NCBI GenBank assembly: GCA_044224925.1
Contig: JBGAJM010000010.1
Coordinates: forward strand, 914 to 64,913
Direction of reading: 5' to 3'
Length of the DNA: 64,000 bases
Source: Candidatus Kapaibacterium sp.
Lineage (GTDB): Bacteria; Bacteroidota; Ignavibacteria; Kapaibacteriales; Kapaibacteriaceae
Made by a program: the position numbers and the translations under genes. Below, piece by piece: positions 30,215 through 40,190 of the stretch; the first letter of the stretch is position 1; every line of letters begins with the position of its first letter. The notes under the pieces are model-generated. The model was not told the origin of the DNA. It was given only the letters and a program-made list of their open reading frames with translations, and ran no database searches.

Positions 30215-32044
30215 TCATGGAACGCTTTGCAACCAATAGGTCTTCATCATGCCCTTGCCCTTTATGTCGAACGAACCCCTTCGTTGAGTTACAAGTGACA
30301 AGTGATGAGTGACAAGTGGCACTTCGTTGGATTCTGGATTCTCAGATTCCGTGATTGGATTCTGTATTGTGTATTCTGTATTCGCCTTCAATTGAATGGC
30401 AAAGGCTTCGGAAACATGCACCTTGCCCGGCTCCCCGCTCGACTCCATACGTGAAGCAACGTTCACCGTGTCTCCCCAGACGTCGTATTGAAGCCGCTGC
30501 GTGCCGATGACGCCGGCTGTGGCAGGACCGATGTGGATGCCGACGCGAGACTGTAGTGGCGTGCCATCATGCCATGTGAAGGCATGCTGCATGACATCGA
30601 GTGCAACGTGGGCAATGGACTGTGCATTCGTTGTTGCATCGGCATCGCCGCGGAAGCACATGTAGGAGTCACCGATGGTCTTGACCTTGACCACGTTGTG
30701 CGTGTCGCAGAATGCATCGATTGTACGGAAGATATTCTCGAGCATCTTCACCACATCGGAAGGCGGCATGGAGGATGTATGCGAAGTGAAACTCACGATG
30801 TCGAGGAACATCACGGCGGCATATTCGAAGTGGTCGCCGCTGACGTCTTCGCCGCGGATCATGCGGTCGGCAACGGACTTCGGTAGAGCGCCATACAAAA
30901 GAGCACGCTCCTTGTCTCGCTCGCGCCGTTCCCCTTCCATCCTTCGCTCTGCCTCCATGATTGCCATGCGTTGCGTTGTCTCTTTGCCGCGGATCTCTTC
31001 CGTCAGTCGAAGATACTCTGCATTGTGTTCGATGAATCCGGCAAAGTCGTTGCGCTTCTGAGCAAGATCACGAAGAAGATGCCGAACCTCCGCAGAATAC
31101 GCACGCAGGCCGGCATGCATTGTGATCGCCAGTGCTTCCTGAAGATGTTGGTGCGCCGCATCGAGATCACCACGATGTTCGGCAAGGGAGGCACTATTGG
31201 TCTCACGCTGCGTTCGTACTGCAGGATCGTCCATCGGCATGGTGCCTTGAAGCGCCAACAGTTCTTCGGCTACATCGTACCGATCGAGCTTCGCGAGCGT
31301 GGCGATCACATTGCCGATAGCACGAACGATAGCGGCACGGTCACCCTGTTGCTCAAGCATTGCAAGCGAGTGACGGTAGTGGTCCAACGCCGACAGATCG
31401 TCGCCAGTGAACTTGTATAAACTGCCGATGCTGCTTGTGACGTTTGCTACACCGGCATGGTCGCCCAATTCTTCAAACAGTACCTGCGCGAGACGGTAAT
31501 ACTCCAACGCGGTATCATAGTCGCCGGTACTTGTATACACACTGCCGATGCGTTGCGTATTGCGGGCCACACTGTCGCGTTTCCCCAGCTCTTCAAACAC
31601 CGTCTGCGCGCGGAGATAGTGTTCCATCGCCGATGCGTAGTCACCTGTGTTATTGAAGACGATACCAATGTTTCCCGTGACGAGGGCCACACCGACGCGG
31701 TTGCCCAGCTCTTCATGCAGTGACCGCGCACGACCGTAGGACTCCAGCGCAGATGCGAAGTCGCCGATCTTCAAGTAGGCATTGCCGATGCTGGTGGAAA
31801 CACTTGCAACACCGGTACGGTCACCACGCTCATCATGAAACGCCAACACCAGACGGTAATGCTGCAATGCCGACGGGAAGTCTCCGGCGAGTCCCTCGGC
31901 GATACCCAAGGCATAGTGCGCATGAACCTCAGCCTCTGGCGTGCCAAGCGATCGCATCTCCAGCGCCAGCGCCCGAAGCGCCGGAGCATCACTTCGGTTC
32001 TTTGCATGATCGAAGTCTTCTCTCATCTCTTCGAGCGTTCTCAT
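30215..32044 (-). CDS. TPR-repeat + class III adenylyl cyclase domain protein (paralog P1, subfamily B)
   Basis: About 10 TPR-like 40-aa units (IGNAYLKIGDFASALESYGRARSLHEELGNR...). Coiled-coil linker, then cyclase motifs FLDIVSFT, VKTIGDSYMC, YDVWGDTVNVASRMES and a C-terminal FDIKGKGMMKTYWL. Its stop overlaps the P2 start (ATGA). Confidence 0.8.
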   Translation of the reverse strand: MRTLEEMREDFDHAKNRSDAPALRALALEMRSLGTPEAEVHAHYALGIAEGLAGDFPSALQHYRLVLAFHDERGDRTGVASVSTSIGNAYLKIGDFASALESYGRARSLHEELGNRVGVALVTGNIGIVFNNTGDYASAMEHYLRAQTVFEELGKRDSVARNTQRIGSVYTSTGDYDTALEYYRLAQVLFEELGDHAGVANVTSSIGSLYKFTGDDLSALDHYRHSLAMLEQQGDRAAIVRAIGNVIATLAKLDRYDVAEELLALQGTMPMDDPAVRTQRETNSASLAEHRGDLDAAHQHLQEALAITMHAGLRAYSAEVRHLLRDLAQKRNDFAGFIEHNAEYLRLTEEIRGKETTQRMAIMEAERRMEGERRERDKERALLYGALPKSVADRMIRGEDVSGDHFEYAAVMFLDIVSFTSHTSSMPPSDVVKMLENIFRTIDAFCDTHNVVKVKTIGDSYMCFRGDADATTNAQSIAHVALDVMQHAFTWHDGTPLQSRVGIHIGPATAGVIGTQRLQYDVWGDTVNVASRMESSGEPGKVHVSEAFAIQLKANTEYTIQNPITESENPESNEVPLVTHHLSLVTQRRGSFDIKGKGMMKTYWLQSVP

Positions 32045-34218
32045 GAGGCGTGCTCCAGCCAGTAGGTGTTCATTGCACCCTTTCCTTTGATGTCAATCGA
32101 GCCCCTGAGTTGAGTTACAAGTGACGAAGACACTTCGTGCGACACGGAGTGCGACACGTTGTGCGACACGTTGTGCGACACTTCGTGGAGAATTGGATTC
32201 TTGATTGTTGATTGTTGATTCTTCTCCAATTCAATAGCAAATGCTTCGGTCACCTGCACCCGTCCGGCCTCACCGCTGCTCTCCATTCGTGAGGCCACGT
32301 TGACCGTGTCTCCCCACACATCATACTGCATGCGTTCTTTGCCGATCACTCCTGCCGTCACTGGTCCACAGTGCAATCCAATTCGGAATGCCATTTCGTG
32401 GGATACGTTGATGCGCGACATCTCCAACGCACAGAGCGCGGCGTTCACAACACTATCAAACGCTACGGCCATGTAGCTATCCCCGATCGTCTTGATCTTG
32501 GTGACGCCATGCTTGGTGCAGATCGCATCGCATTGTGTGAACACGTTGTCGAGTAGCTCGATCACATCGTGTGATGACATCGACGATGAGATCTCTGTGA
32601 ATCCGACGATGTCGAGGAAGATGACGGCTGCATTGTCGTAGTGGTCGTTCACCACCTCGCCCCTCGCCACCCTATCCGCCACTTCCTTGGGCAGGGTGGA
32701 ATGGAGCACGGCGAGATGCTTCTGGTGCTCGCGATCCTTTGCATCGATCTCGCGTTGCTTGGCTTGCATGGCGAGCTTGGTTGCAGCCTCATTACCGTTG
32801 ATCTCTTCATGTACACGCATGTATGCGTTGTTGTGTTCGACATAGCCCACAAGGTCGTTTCGTTTGAAGGCAAGGTCGCGCAGTTGCTGATGTACGGCTG
32901 CAACGCTTGGACGGAGTCCGTGCTCTTCGGCTATGCGCAATGCATGCATGAGTGTTGCCTGAGCCTGCTCCACATTGCCGGTGCGATCCTGCACCTTCGC
33001 ACGGCAGATCTCTCGCAAGAGTATCTTTGGCGGTCCATCGAGTTCGAGCGTGTCCAACACGCTCAGTGTTTCGGTTGCCGCATCGAGATCACCCATTGCG
33101 AGATGGAGACCCACCAATGCGCACCGTACGCGCGCAATATTGTAACGTTCGCCAAGCTCTTCCCATTCCGTGAGCGCTTGCTCGTAGTGTTCCTTCGCCA
33201 ATGCATGGTTGCCCTGCTGATCGTACACTTCGCCCAGACCGTGCAAGGCACCCGCCAAATGTGAACGCTCACCCAATTGCGCATACATCGTGCGGGCGCG
33301 TTGGTACTGCGCAATGGCAGCAGATCCTTGTCCCGTACGATGGTGGAGGAGGCCGATTCGAAGCAACGTATACGCAATGCCCTTCTGATTGTCGATCTCT
33401 TCGAAGATATCGAGGGCACGCTCGAAATGTTCGAGTGCGGTCGGGTTATCGCCTGTATCGAAATGCAGAACTCCAATGTTCGTCGTCACGAGTGCTACGT
33501 CATACAACTCATTCAGGTCTGCATGTACAGACATTGATCGATGATAGTGTTCAAGAGCTGCAGCCGTGTCGCCGATCGCTGCGTAGACATTGCCGATGTT
33601 CGCAAGACCACGTGCAATGCTCCCTTGGCCACCTTCATCGCCATACATGTCCAACGAGCGTTGAAAGTACTCAAGTGCCGTTCTGTAGTCTCCACGATTG
33701 TAGTAGACGATGCCCATGTTTCCGGTGATCCGCGCAGCAGAAATGCTCCGTCCCTGTTTGACGCTGAGATCGAGTGCCCGCCGGTAGTACGTCATTGCCG
33801 CATCGTAGTCGTTGAGTTCCAGCAGCACATTCCCGAGGTTCCCGCTGGTGCGCGCCACACTATTGAGATCATTCGCCTCTTCGCCTATAGCGAGCGCTCT
33901 CGAATGGTGGTCAAGTGCCGCCGCGTGGTTCCCTGTTCGATGAAGAGCACTCCCGATATTGTCCAACGCGATCGCCATCCCTGTACGATCACCAAGTGTA
34001 TCATAGAGTGCCAGTGCGGCCCGCAGATGTTCGATCGCTTCATGGTACTTATCATGCGAGAGAACGGCCCACCCACGAGCGCGATGCGCCAACGCTTCTG
34101 CGTTCGGTGATTCCAACGCATCGAGCTCCGTTGCAAGGTCGAGCAGCGCTGCTGCATCGTTGTTCCGTGTAGCCGCAAGGACGTCTGCGTCGATATCGTC
34201 AAACGAGCGTTGTGTCAT
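32041..34218 (-). CDS. TPR-repeat + class III adenylyl cyclase protein (paralog P2, subfamily A) with (SHxV)n insert
   Basis: Start moved to MTQRSFDDIDADV (34218). Cyclase motifs FLDIVGFT, IKTIGDSYMAV, YDVWGDTVNVASRMES. Insert HEVSHNVSHNVSHSVSHEVSSS before the final beta-strand. Confidence 0.8.
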   Translation of the reverse strand: MTQRSFDDIDADVLAATRNNDAAALLDLATELDALESPNAEALAHRARGWAVLSHDKYHEAIEHLRAALALYDTLGDRTGMAIALDNIGSALHRTGNHAAALDHHSRALAIGEEANDLNSVARTSGNLGNVLLELNDYDAAMTYYRRALDLSVKQGRSISAARITGNMGIVYYNRGDYRTALEYFQRSLDMYGDEGGQGSIARGLANIGNVYAAIGDTAAALEHYHRSMSVHADLNELYDVALVTTNIGVLHFDTGDNPTALEHFERALDIFEEIDNQKGIAYTLLRIGLLHHRTGQGSAAIAQYQRARTMYAQLGERSHLAGALHGLGEVYDQQGNHALAKEHYEQALTEWEELGERYNIARVRCALVGLHLAMGDLDAATETLSVLDTLELDGPPKILLREICRAKVQDRTGNVEQAQATLMHALRIAEEHGLRPSVAAVHQQLRDLAFKRNDLVGYVEHNNAYMRVHEEINGNEAATKLAMQAKQREIDAKDREHQKHLAVLHSTLPKEVADRVARGEVVNDHYDNAAVIFLDIVGFTEISSSMSSHDVIELLDNVFTQCDAICTKHGVTKIKTIGDSYMAVAFDSVVNAALCALEMSRINVSHEMAFRIGLHCGPVTAGVIGKERMQYDVWGDTVNVASRMESSGEAGRVQVTEAFAIELEKNQQSTIKNPILHEVSHNVSHNVSHSVSHEVSSSLVTQLRGSIDIKGKGAMNTYWLEHAS

Positions 34219-34326
34219 GGAGGAAAGGAGAATGAGAAGTAAGAAAGAAGGAAAAGAGAAGGAAAAAAGAAGGAAAAAAGAAGTACAAAAGAAGTACAAA
34301 AGAAGTGGCACTTCGTGGGACACATG
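34219..34326. repeat. CT-rich (coding-strand) tandem repeats (TTCCTTCTCTTT / TTGTACTTCTTT units) filling the 108-bp gap between the P3 stop and the P2 start
   Basis: Plus strand reads ggaggaaaggagaatgagaagtaagaaagaaggaaaagagaaggaaaaaagaaggaaaaaagaagtacaaaagaagtacaaaagaagtggcac. Homologous to the tract after P6 (44396..44470). Confidence 0.85.
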
Positions 34327-36285
34327 TCACTCTCTTGATTCCAACCAGTAGGTGTTCATCAGACCCTTGCCCTTGATATCGAACGATCCACGCTCGATAG
34401 TGACAAGTGACGAAGACACAGAGTGCGACACCGAGTGCGACACCGAGTGCGATTGTGGATTCTCCGATTCAGTGATTGGATTCTGTATTATGAATTCTGT
34501 ATTCCTCTTCAATTCCGAGGCAAACGCTTCGGATATATGAACCCGCCCGGCCTCGCCCGCCGACTCCATCCGTGAGGCAACGTTGACGGTGTCGCCCCAC
34601 ACATCGTATTGCAACCGCTGCGTGCCGATGACACCGGCTGTTGCGGGACCGAAGTGGATGCCGACTCGGAACAGCAGTGGATCTCCGTTGGGCCATGTGA
34701 ATGCGTGTTGCATGACATCGAGGGCAACGTGGGCAATGGACAACGCATTTGTCGTCGCATCTGCATCGCCGCGGAAGCACATGTAGGAGTCACCGATGGT
34801 CTTGACCTTGACAACGTCCTGCTTGTCACAGAATGCATCGATCGTACGGAAGATGTTCTCCAACATCTTCACCACGTCGGAAGGCGGCATGGAGGAAGTG
34901 TGCGATGTGAAGCCCACAACATCAAGGAACATCACGGCAGCATGATCGAAATGATCGCCGGTCACATCTTCGCCGCGGATCATACGGTCGGCGACAGACT
35001 TCGGAAGCGCTCCATACAGCAACGCGCGCTCCTTGTCTCGCTCCCGCCTTTCACCTTCCATCCTTCGCTCCGCCTCCATCATCGCTAGTCTTTGCGTGGC
35101 CTCTTTGCCGCGGATCTCTTCGGTGATGCGCTGATACTCGTTGTTGTGCTCAATGTAACCGGCGAAGTCATTACGTTTCTGGGCGAGGTCGCGAAGCATT
35201 TTGTGGCACTCTGCGGAATACCCACGTAGGCCGGCCTCGACCGTGATCGCTAGTGCATCAGTTAGGTGTTGATGCGCCGCATCAAGATCCTCCCAGTGTT
35301 CGGCAAAGTTGGCGCTGTTGGCGTGATATTGACACCGAACAACCGGATCATCCATCTGCATGGTGGCCTGACGCTCCAACAGTTCTGCGGCTTCGTCATA
35401 CCGAATGAGGCCCATGAGTGCCGTGACCACATTGCCGGTGGCGCCGGCCATACCGGCGCGGTCGCCTAGTTCTTCGTGCATCGCTAGCGCGCGGCCGTAA
35501 TGCTCCAGCGCTGCCGTATGGTCGCCTCTTGCACGGAATAGATTTCCAATGTTCGAGGTAATGCTGGCCACGCCAGCTCTGTCGCCAACCCCGTCAAGGA
35601 TCGCCATCGCTCGACGGAAGTACTCAAGTGCGGCCGTGCTGTCGTCGGTGCCGTTGTACACGTTCCCAATACCGTTGGTACTGTGGGCCACGCCCACAGG
35701 GTCACCAAGCAATTCATACAATGCCAATGCGCGGCGGTGGTATTCCAGTGCCGCGGGGTAGTCGTCGGTACTGAAGTACACATTGCCAATGCCATTGGTG
35801 ACGCGGGCCACGCCCGCATCGTCGCCAAGCGATAGATGCAATTCCAATGCGCGGCGATACTGTTCCAATGCCGCCGGATAGTCGCCCGTGTTTGTAAGTA
35901 GATTACCGATATTCCCAGTGATAACGGCCACCCCAGCGAGGTCGCCCAACTCTGTGGGCACCTCCAACGCGCGGCGGTAGTGCTCGAGTGCTCTGGCAAA
36001 ATCGCCGATCTTGCGGTACACATTGCCTATGTTGACAGCGATGCGTGCTATCCCTTGACTGTCACCCAGCGCTTCACGCAATGCCATCGCACTGCGGTAA
36101 TGCTCCAATGCTGCAGGGTACTCGCCCCTGATCACTTCGGCAACACCAAGGGTAGTGTGTGCATGCGCCTCTGCGCTCTGTGTACCAAGCGCTTGCATTT
36201 CATGAGCCAGAGCACGTAGCGACTCAGCGTCATGTTTCGTCATTGCATGATCGACATCTTCCTTGATCTCTTCGAGCGTTCTCAC
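34327..36285 (-). CDS. TPR-repeat + class III adenylyl cyclase protein (paralog P3, subfamily B)
   Basis: Starts MRTLEEIKEDVDHAM (compare P1 MRTLEEMRED). Cyclase motifs FLDVVGFT, VKTIGDSYMC, YDVWGDTVNVASRMES. Insert ...ENPQSHSVSHSVSHSVSSSLVT. Confidence 0.8.
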   Translation of the reverse strand: MRTLEEIKEDVDHAMTKHDAESLRALAHEMQALGTQSAEAHAHTTLGVAEVIRGEYPAALEHYRSAMALREALGDSQGIARIAVNIGNVYRKIGDFARALEHYRRALEVPTELGDLAGVAVITGNIGNLLTNTGDYPAALEQYRRALELHLSLGDDAGVARVTNGIGNVYFSTDDYPAALEYHRRALALYELLGDPVGVAHSTNGIGNVYNGTDDSTAALEYFRRAMAILDGVGDRAGVASITSNIGNLFRARGDHTAALEHYGRALAMHEELGDRAGMAGATGNVVTALMGLIRYDEAAELLERQATMQMDDPVVRCQYHANSANFAEHWEDLDAAHQHLTDALAITVEAGLRGYSAECHKMLRDLAQKRNDFAGYIEHNNEYQRITEEIRGKEATQRLAMMEAERRMEGERRERDKERALLYGALPKSVADRMIRGEDVTGDHFDHAAVMFLDVVGFTSHTSSMPPSDVVKMLENIFRTIDAFCDKQDVVKVKTIGDSYMCFRGDADATTNALSIAHVALDVMQHAFTWPNGDPLLFRVGIHFGPATAGVIGTQRLQYDVWGDTVNVASRMESAGEAGRVHISEAFASELKRNTEFIIQNPITESENPQSHSVSHSVSHSVSSSLVTIERGSFDIKGKGLMNTYWLESRE

Positions 36286-38567
36286 GATGCACCCTCCAAC
36301 CAGTACGTGTTCAATGCACCCTTGCCTTTGATGTCAATCGAGCCACGCTCGATAGTGACGAGTGACGAAGACACTGCGTGCGACACTTCATGCGACACGG
36401 AGTGCGACACGGAGTGCGACACCGAGTGCGACACGGAGTGCGACACGGAGTGCGATTCTGGATTGGGAGATTCCGAGATTGAATTCTGTATTGTGTATTC
36501 TGTATTCGCCTTCAATTGAATGGCAAACGCTTCGGACACCTGCACCCGTCCGGCCTCACCGCTGCTCTCCATTCGTGAGGCAACATTGACGGTGTCTCCC
36601 CACACATCATACTGCATGCGTTCTTTGCCGATAACGCCAGCAGTTACAGGGCCACAGTGCATTCCGATGCGGAAGAGCACTTCGTGCGACACGGGGATAA
36701 CGCCTTCGGCGTGCGACACCGAGTGCGACACGGAGTGCGACACTTCGTGGGAAAGACGAATACGCGACATATCCATGGCGCAGAGTGCAGCGTTGATCAC
36801 GTTGTCAAACGCCACGGCCATGTAGCTATCCCCGATCGTTTTGATCTTGGTGACGCCATACTTGGCACAGATCGCATCGCATTGTGTGAACACATCGTCG
36901 AGCAACTCGATCACATCTTGCGATGACATTGTTGAGGAGATCTCTGTGAAGCCGACGATGTCGAGGAAGATGACGGTTGCATTGTCATAGTGATCATTCA
37001 CCACCTCGCCCCTTGCCACCCTATCGGCCACTTCCTTGGGTAGGGTGGAATGAAGCACGGCCAGGTGTTTTGCGAGCTCGCGTTCACGGGCATCGATCTC
37101 GCGCTGCTTGGCCTGCATGGCGAGCTTGGTGGCCGTTTCCTTGCCGTTGACCTCTTCGGTGATGCGCGTGTATTCGTTGTTGTGCTCGACGTAGCGGGCA
37201 AGATCATTTTGCTCCAGCGCAAGATCGCGGAGGTGCTTGTGTGTCGACGCAATGTAGGGACGCAGTCCATGCTCTTGAGCGATGGCCAACGCGCGCAGGA
37301 GCGAATCGCGGGACTGCTCTGCGTCACCGGCGCGCACCTGCAATTGCGCACGATACACCTCACGCAAGATGTGCTGGTGCGGACTGTCGCTCTGAATTTC
37401 GTCGACGATCCCTAGCAGATCCATGGCATCGCCGTCTTTCTCCGCGGATAGATACATTCCGATCAGAGCATACCGAATGCGTTGAACATTTCCACGTTCG
37501 CCAAGCTCTTCTACGATCGTCAGTGCTCGCTGATACTGCTCAATGGCCGCGAGTTGGTCGCCGTTCCTCGCATACACCTCACCAATTCCGTAGATGGCTT
37601 CGGCCACATGAGAGGGTTCACCCAACTGTTCATACAAGGTACCAGCCCGCTGGTAGTGTTCAAGAGCCGCGGTGGTATCGCCGATGCGGTTGTGCAAGCC
37701 GCCGATACGTTCCAGCACATACGCGATCCCTCTGCGGCTGTCGATCTCTTCATAGATGGTGAGCGCCTGTTGCAAGTAGTCGAGTGCCGATGGATAGTCG
37801 CCGGTTTCGCGGTACACACCACCGATGTTCGCCATCACATGGGCAATACTGTGCGGTTCACCGACCTCCTGATGGATCGACAGTGATCGACGGTACTGCT
37901 CCAACCCCGCTGGATAGTCACCCATCATAAGGTAGGCGTTGCCGATGTTGCCCAAGGTACGAGCGACCGCGCCTCGATCGCCGTGTTCGGCATGCATACT
38001 CAGAGAGCGTTGAAAGTGCTCCAGGGCTGTACGATAGTCACCGAGATTGTAGTAGATGATGCCGATGCTTCCGGTGACAAGTGCGACGGAATTGAGTTCC
38101 CCGAGCTCGCTATTGAGAGCGAGGGCTCGTTGGTAGTTCGTCATGGCCGCGTCGTAGTCGTTGCATTCCAGCATCACGGCAGCAAGATTCCCTGACGCAC
38201 GAGCCACACCACGACGGTCGGCCGTTTCTTCACTTATGGTGAGGGCCCTTCGATGGAAGTTCAACGCTTCAGAATAATCGCCGGTTCGGCAGAGAGCACT
38301 GCCGATATTGTCCAAGGTGACCGCCTGGCCTGCACGGTCGCCAAGCGCTTCATACAGTGCCAACGCAGCACGACCATGCTCCAGCGCTTTGGCATAGTTG
38401 TCGCGCAACAGCATGGCCCATCCGCGTATGCGGTGGGCGAGGGCCTGCGCTTCCGGTGTTGCGACCGTATCGAGCTCGGTGGCAAGGGTCAGCAAGGCGG
38501 CGGCGTCGTTGATCCGCATCGCCGCCTGAACGGCCTCGCGGATCTCGTCAAAGGGGCGGGGTGACAT
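36282..38567 (-). CDS. TPR-repeat + class III adenylyl cyclase protein (paralog P4, subfamily A) with two (SHSV)n inserts
   Basis: Insert 1 is LSHEVSHSVSHSVSHAEGVIPVSHEV, before FRIGMHCGP. Insert 2 is NPESHSVSHSVSHSVSHSVSHSVSHEVSHAVSSS, before LVTIERGSIDIKGKG. Its stop overlaps the P3 start. Confidence 0.8.
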   Translation of the reverse strand: MSPRPFDEIREAVQAAMRINDAAALLTLATELDTVATPEAQALAHRIRGWAMLLRDNYAKALEHGRAALALYEALGDRAGQAVTLDNIGSALCRTGDYSEALNFHRRALTISEETADRRGVARASGNLAAVMLECNDYDAAMTNYQRALALNSELGELNSVALVTGSIGIIYYNLGDYRTALEHFQRSLSMHAEHGDRGAVARTLGNIGNAYLMMGDYPAGLEQYRRSLSIHQEVGEPHSIAHVMANIGGVYRETGDYPSALDYLQQALTIYEEIDSRRGIAYVLERIGGLHNRIGDTTAALEHYQRAGTLYEQLGEPSHVAEAIYGIGEVYARNGDQLAAIEQYQRALTIVEELGERGNVQRIRYALIGMYLSAEKDGDAMDLLGIVDEIQSDSPHQHILREVYRAQLQVRAGDAEQSRDSLLRALAIAQEHGLRPYIASTHKHLRDLALEQNDLARYVEHNNEYTRITEEVNGKETATKLAMQAKQREIDARERELAKHLAVLHSTLPKEVADRVARGEVVNDHYDNATVIFLDIVGFTEISSTMSSQDVIELLDDVFTQCDAICAKYGVTKIKTIGDSYMAVAFDNVINAALCAMDMSRIRLSHEVSHSVSHSVSHAEGVIPVSHEVLFRIGMHCGPVTAGVIGKERMQYDVWGDTVNVASRMESSGEAGRVQVSEAFAIQLKANTEYTIQNSISESPNPESHSVSHSVSHSVSHSVSHSVSHEVSHAVSSSLVTIERGSIDIKGKGALNTYWLEGAS

Positions 38568-38655
38568 GGAGGGAAGTTACGAATCAGAGTGACGAGTGAC
38601 GAGTGACAAGTGACACTTCGTGGGTCCTATATTGTTGATCCTTGATCCTTGATCT

Positions 38656-39936
38656 TTGATTCATCTTCCATCCTCCCCCATGATCCTCCGCTCCTTCCTC
38701 CTCCTGCTTGTCGGCGTGGTCGTGCTTGTCGGACGAGCACAGGGTCAGCATTGCACGAACGACCAGCGCTATACCGACGTGGTGACCTTCGATACCGCCC
38801 AGATCACGATCGGCGCGAATGTTCAATACGGCACGGCCAACGATGTGCAAGGGAGTCCGGTGCCGTTGCTCATGGACCTGTACTATCCGAACCTTGCCGT
38901 CGACCCAGTGGCGGCACGACCGATGATCGTGCTCTTTCATGGAGGCGGGTTCTCGTCGGGTGACAAACAGTCGGGCGACATCCGCGACCTCTGCGTGCAT
39001 CTGGCCATGCGCGGCTTTGTGTGTGCATCCGTGAACTATCGGCTCGGACATGACTTCTCGGAGTACGGACAGTACAAGGCGCGGTATCGCGCGATCCAGG
39101 ATGGCCATGCCGCCCTTCGATTCATTGTGCGCAATGCCGCCACCGTCCGCATCGACACGAACTGGCTGTTCGTTGGCGGACAAAGTGCCGGCTCGTTGCT
39201 GGCGCTGGGCATGGTGTATGCGGATCAGAGCGAGCTCGACAGTATATCGCTGCTCTATGGCACGACGGCTGTGAGCGCGGAGTTGGGAGGCTTGCATACG
39301 TCCGGCAATGCACTGACGAATTCGTATTCCATCAAGGGCATCTTCAACAACTGGGGCGGTGTTGTTGCGAGCGAAGTGGATGCGGACGAAATGATCCCCA
39401 CCATTGCCTTTCACGGTGGCCTCGATCCGTTGGTCCCGATCGATGTCGATACGTCGTTCGCACACTGCGCACTGCTTGGCTCGCGAGCGATCCATGCCGA
39501 TCTGATCGCCAACGGCGTGTGCAGCGAGTTGAACGTAGAGGTATCGGGTGGACACGGCATCTATCGCGATGCTGCAAGCGTGTTCAGAGCACAACATGCG
39601 AGCTGCTTCTTCCGCTCGATCTTCTGTGATCGTTGCTCGAGTTTCTCCACCACCGATTCGATCCCTTCATCGTGCTCGTCCCCTGTCCACGTCGACGAGC
39701 AACCGCGCACCACCTCATTCCACATCGACCCCAATCCTTTCGAAAGCATCATGACCATTGGAGGGTTGGAGGGTGGCGCGGAACTCACGGTCTACAACTG
39801 CTTCGGACAAGTGGTCCGCACAGCTCACGTCGGCAATGGCCCCCTTCACCTTGATGTATCGCCGGGTTTGTACATTCTGCACGTACAACCCACGGGAAAC
39901 AGCAGTAGATTCACGAAGGTGGTGGTGAGGCGATGA
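38656..39936 (+). CDS. alpha/beta-hydrolase esterase/lipase with T9SS C-terminal sorting domain
   Basis: Signal peptide; VLFHGGGFSSGD oxyanion motif; nucleophile elbow GGQSAGS; C-terminal Por domain IDPNPFESIMTIGG...LYILHVQPTGNSSRFTKVVVRR. Confidence 0.75.
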   Translation: MIHLPSSPMILRSFLLLLVGVVVLVGRAQGQHCTNDQRYTDVVTFDTAQITIGANVQYGTANDVQGSPVPLLMDLYYPNLAVDPVAARPMIVLFHGGGFSSGDKQSGDIRDLCVHLAMRGFVCASVNYRLGHDFSEYGQYKARYRAIQDGHAALRFIVRNAATVRIDTNWLFVGGQSAGSLLALGMVYADQSELDSISLLYGTTAVSAELGGLHTSGNALTNSYSIKGIFNNWGGVVASEVDADEMIPTIAFHGGLDPLVPIDVDTSFAHCALLGSRAIHADLIANGVCSELNVEVSGGHGIYRDAASVFRAQHASCFFRSIFCDRCSSFSTTDSIPSSCSSPVHVDEQPRTTSFHIDPNPFESIMTIGGLEGGAELTVYNCFGQVVRTAHVGNGPLHLDVSPGLYILHVQPTGNSSRFTKVVVRR

Positions 39937-40190
39937 AGAAGAGGAATACAGAATACACAATACAGAATTCAATCAAAGAATCAAGGAATCAAGAATCACA
40001 CGAAGTGTCGCACAGCGTGTCGCACAGCGTGTCGCACGCCGAAGGCGTTTTCTTCGTGTCGCACTCCGTGTCGCACGAAGTGCCACTTGTCACTCGTCAC
40101 TCGTCACTTGTCACTGTCGAACGAGGATCGTTCGACATCAAAGGCAAAGGCCCCATGCGCACGTATTGGTTGGAAAGGAGCGATCGATGA
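39933..40190 (+). pseudogene. stand-alone 85-aa ORF that is a chimeric C-terminal remnant of a TPR-cyclase gene
   Basis: MKKRNTEYTIQNSIKESRNQESHEVSHSVSHSVSHAEGVFFVSHSVSHEVPLVTRHSSLVTVERGSFDIKGKGPMRTYWLERSDR joins insert-2-type, insert-1-type and terminal beta-strand sequences. Its TGA stop overlaps the P5 ATG exactly as between intact pairs. Confidence 0.6.

Noticed and set aside
32641-33264. 207-aa plus-strand ORF, plus many similar ones at 37241..37762, 41603..42166, 42238..43344, 43503..44099 and 52730..53461
   Set aside because: All lie antisense or out of frame within TPR-cyclase genes, and their sequences are His/Arg/Val-rich mirror images of the real proteins.
38584-39597. 337-aa minus-strand ORF overlapping the esterase gene
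   Set aside because: Antisense to an esterase with GGGF/GQSAGS motifs and a T9SS CTD. Arg/His-rich artefact.
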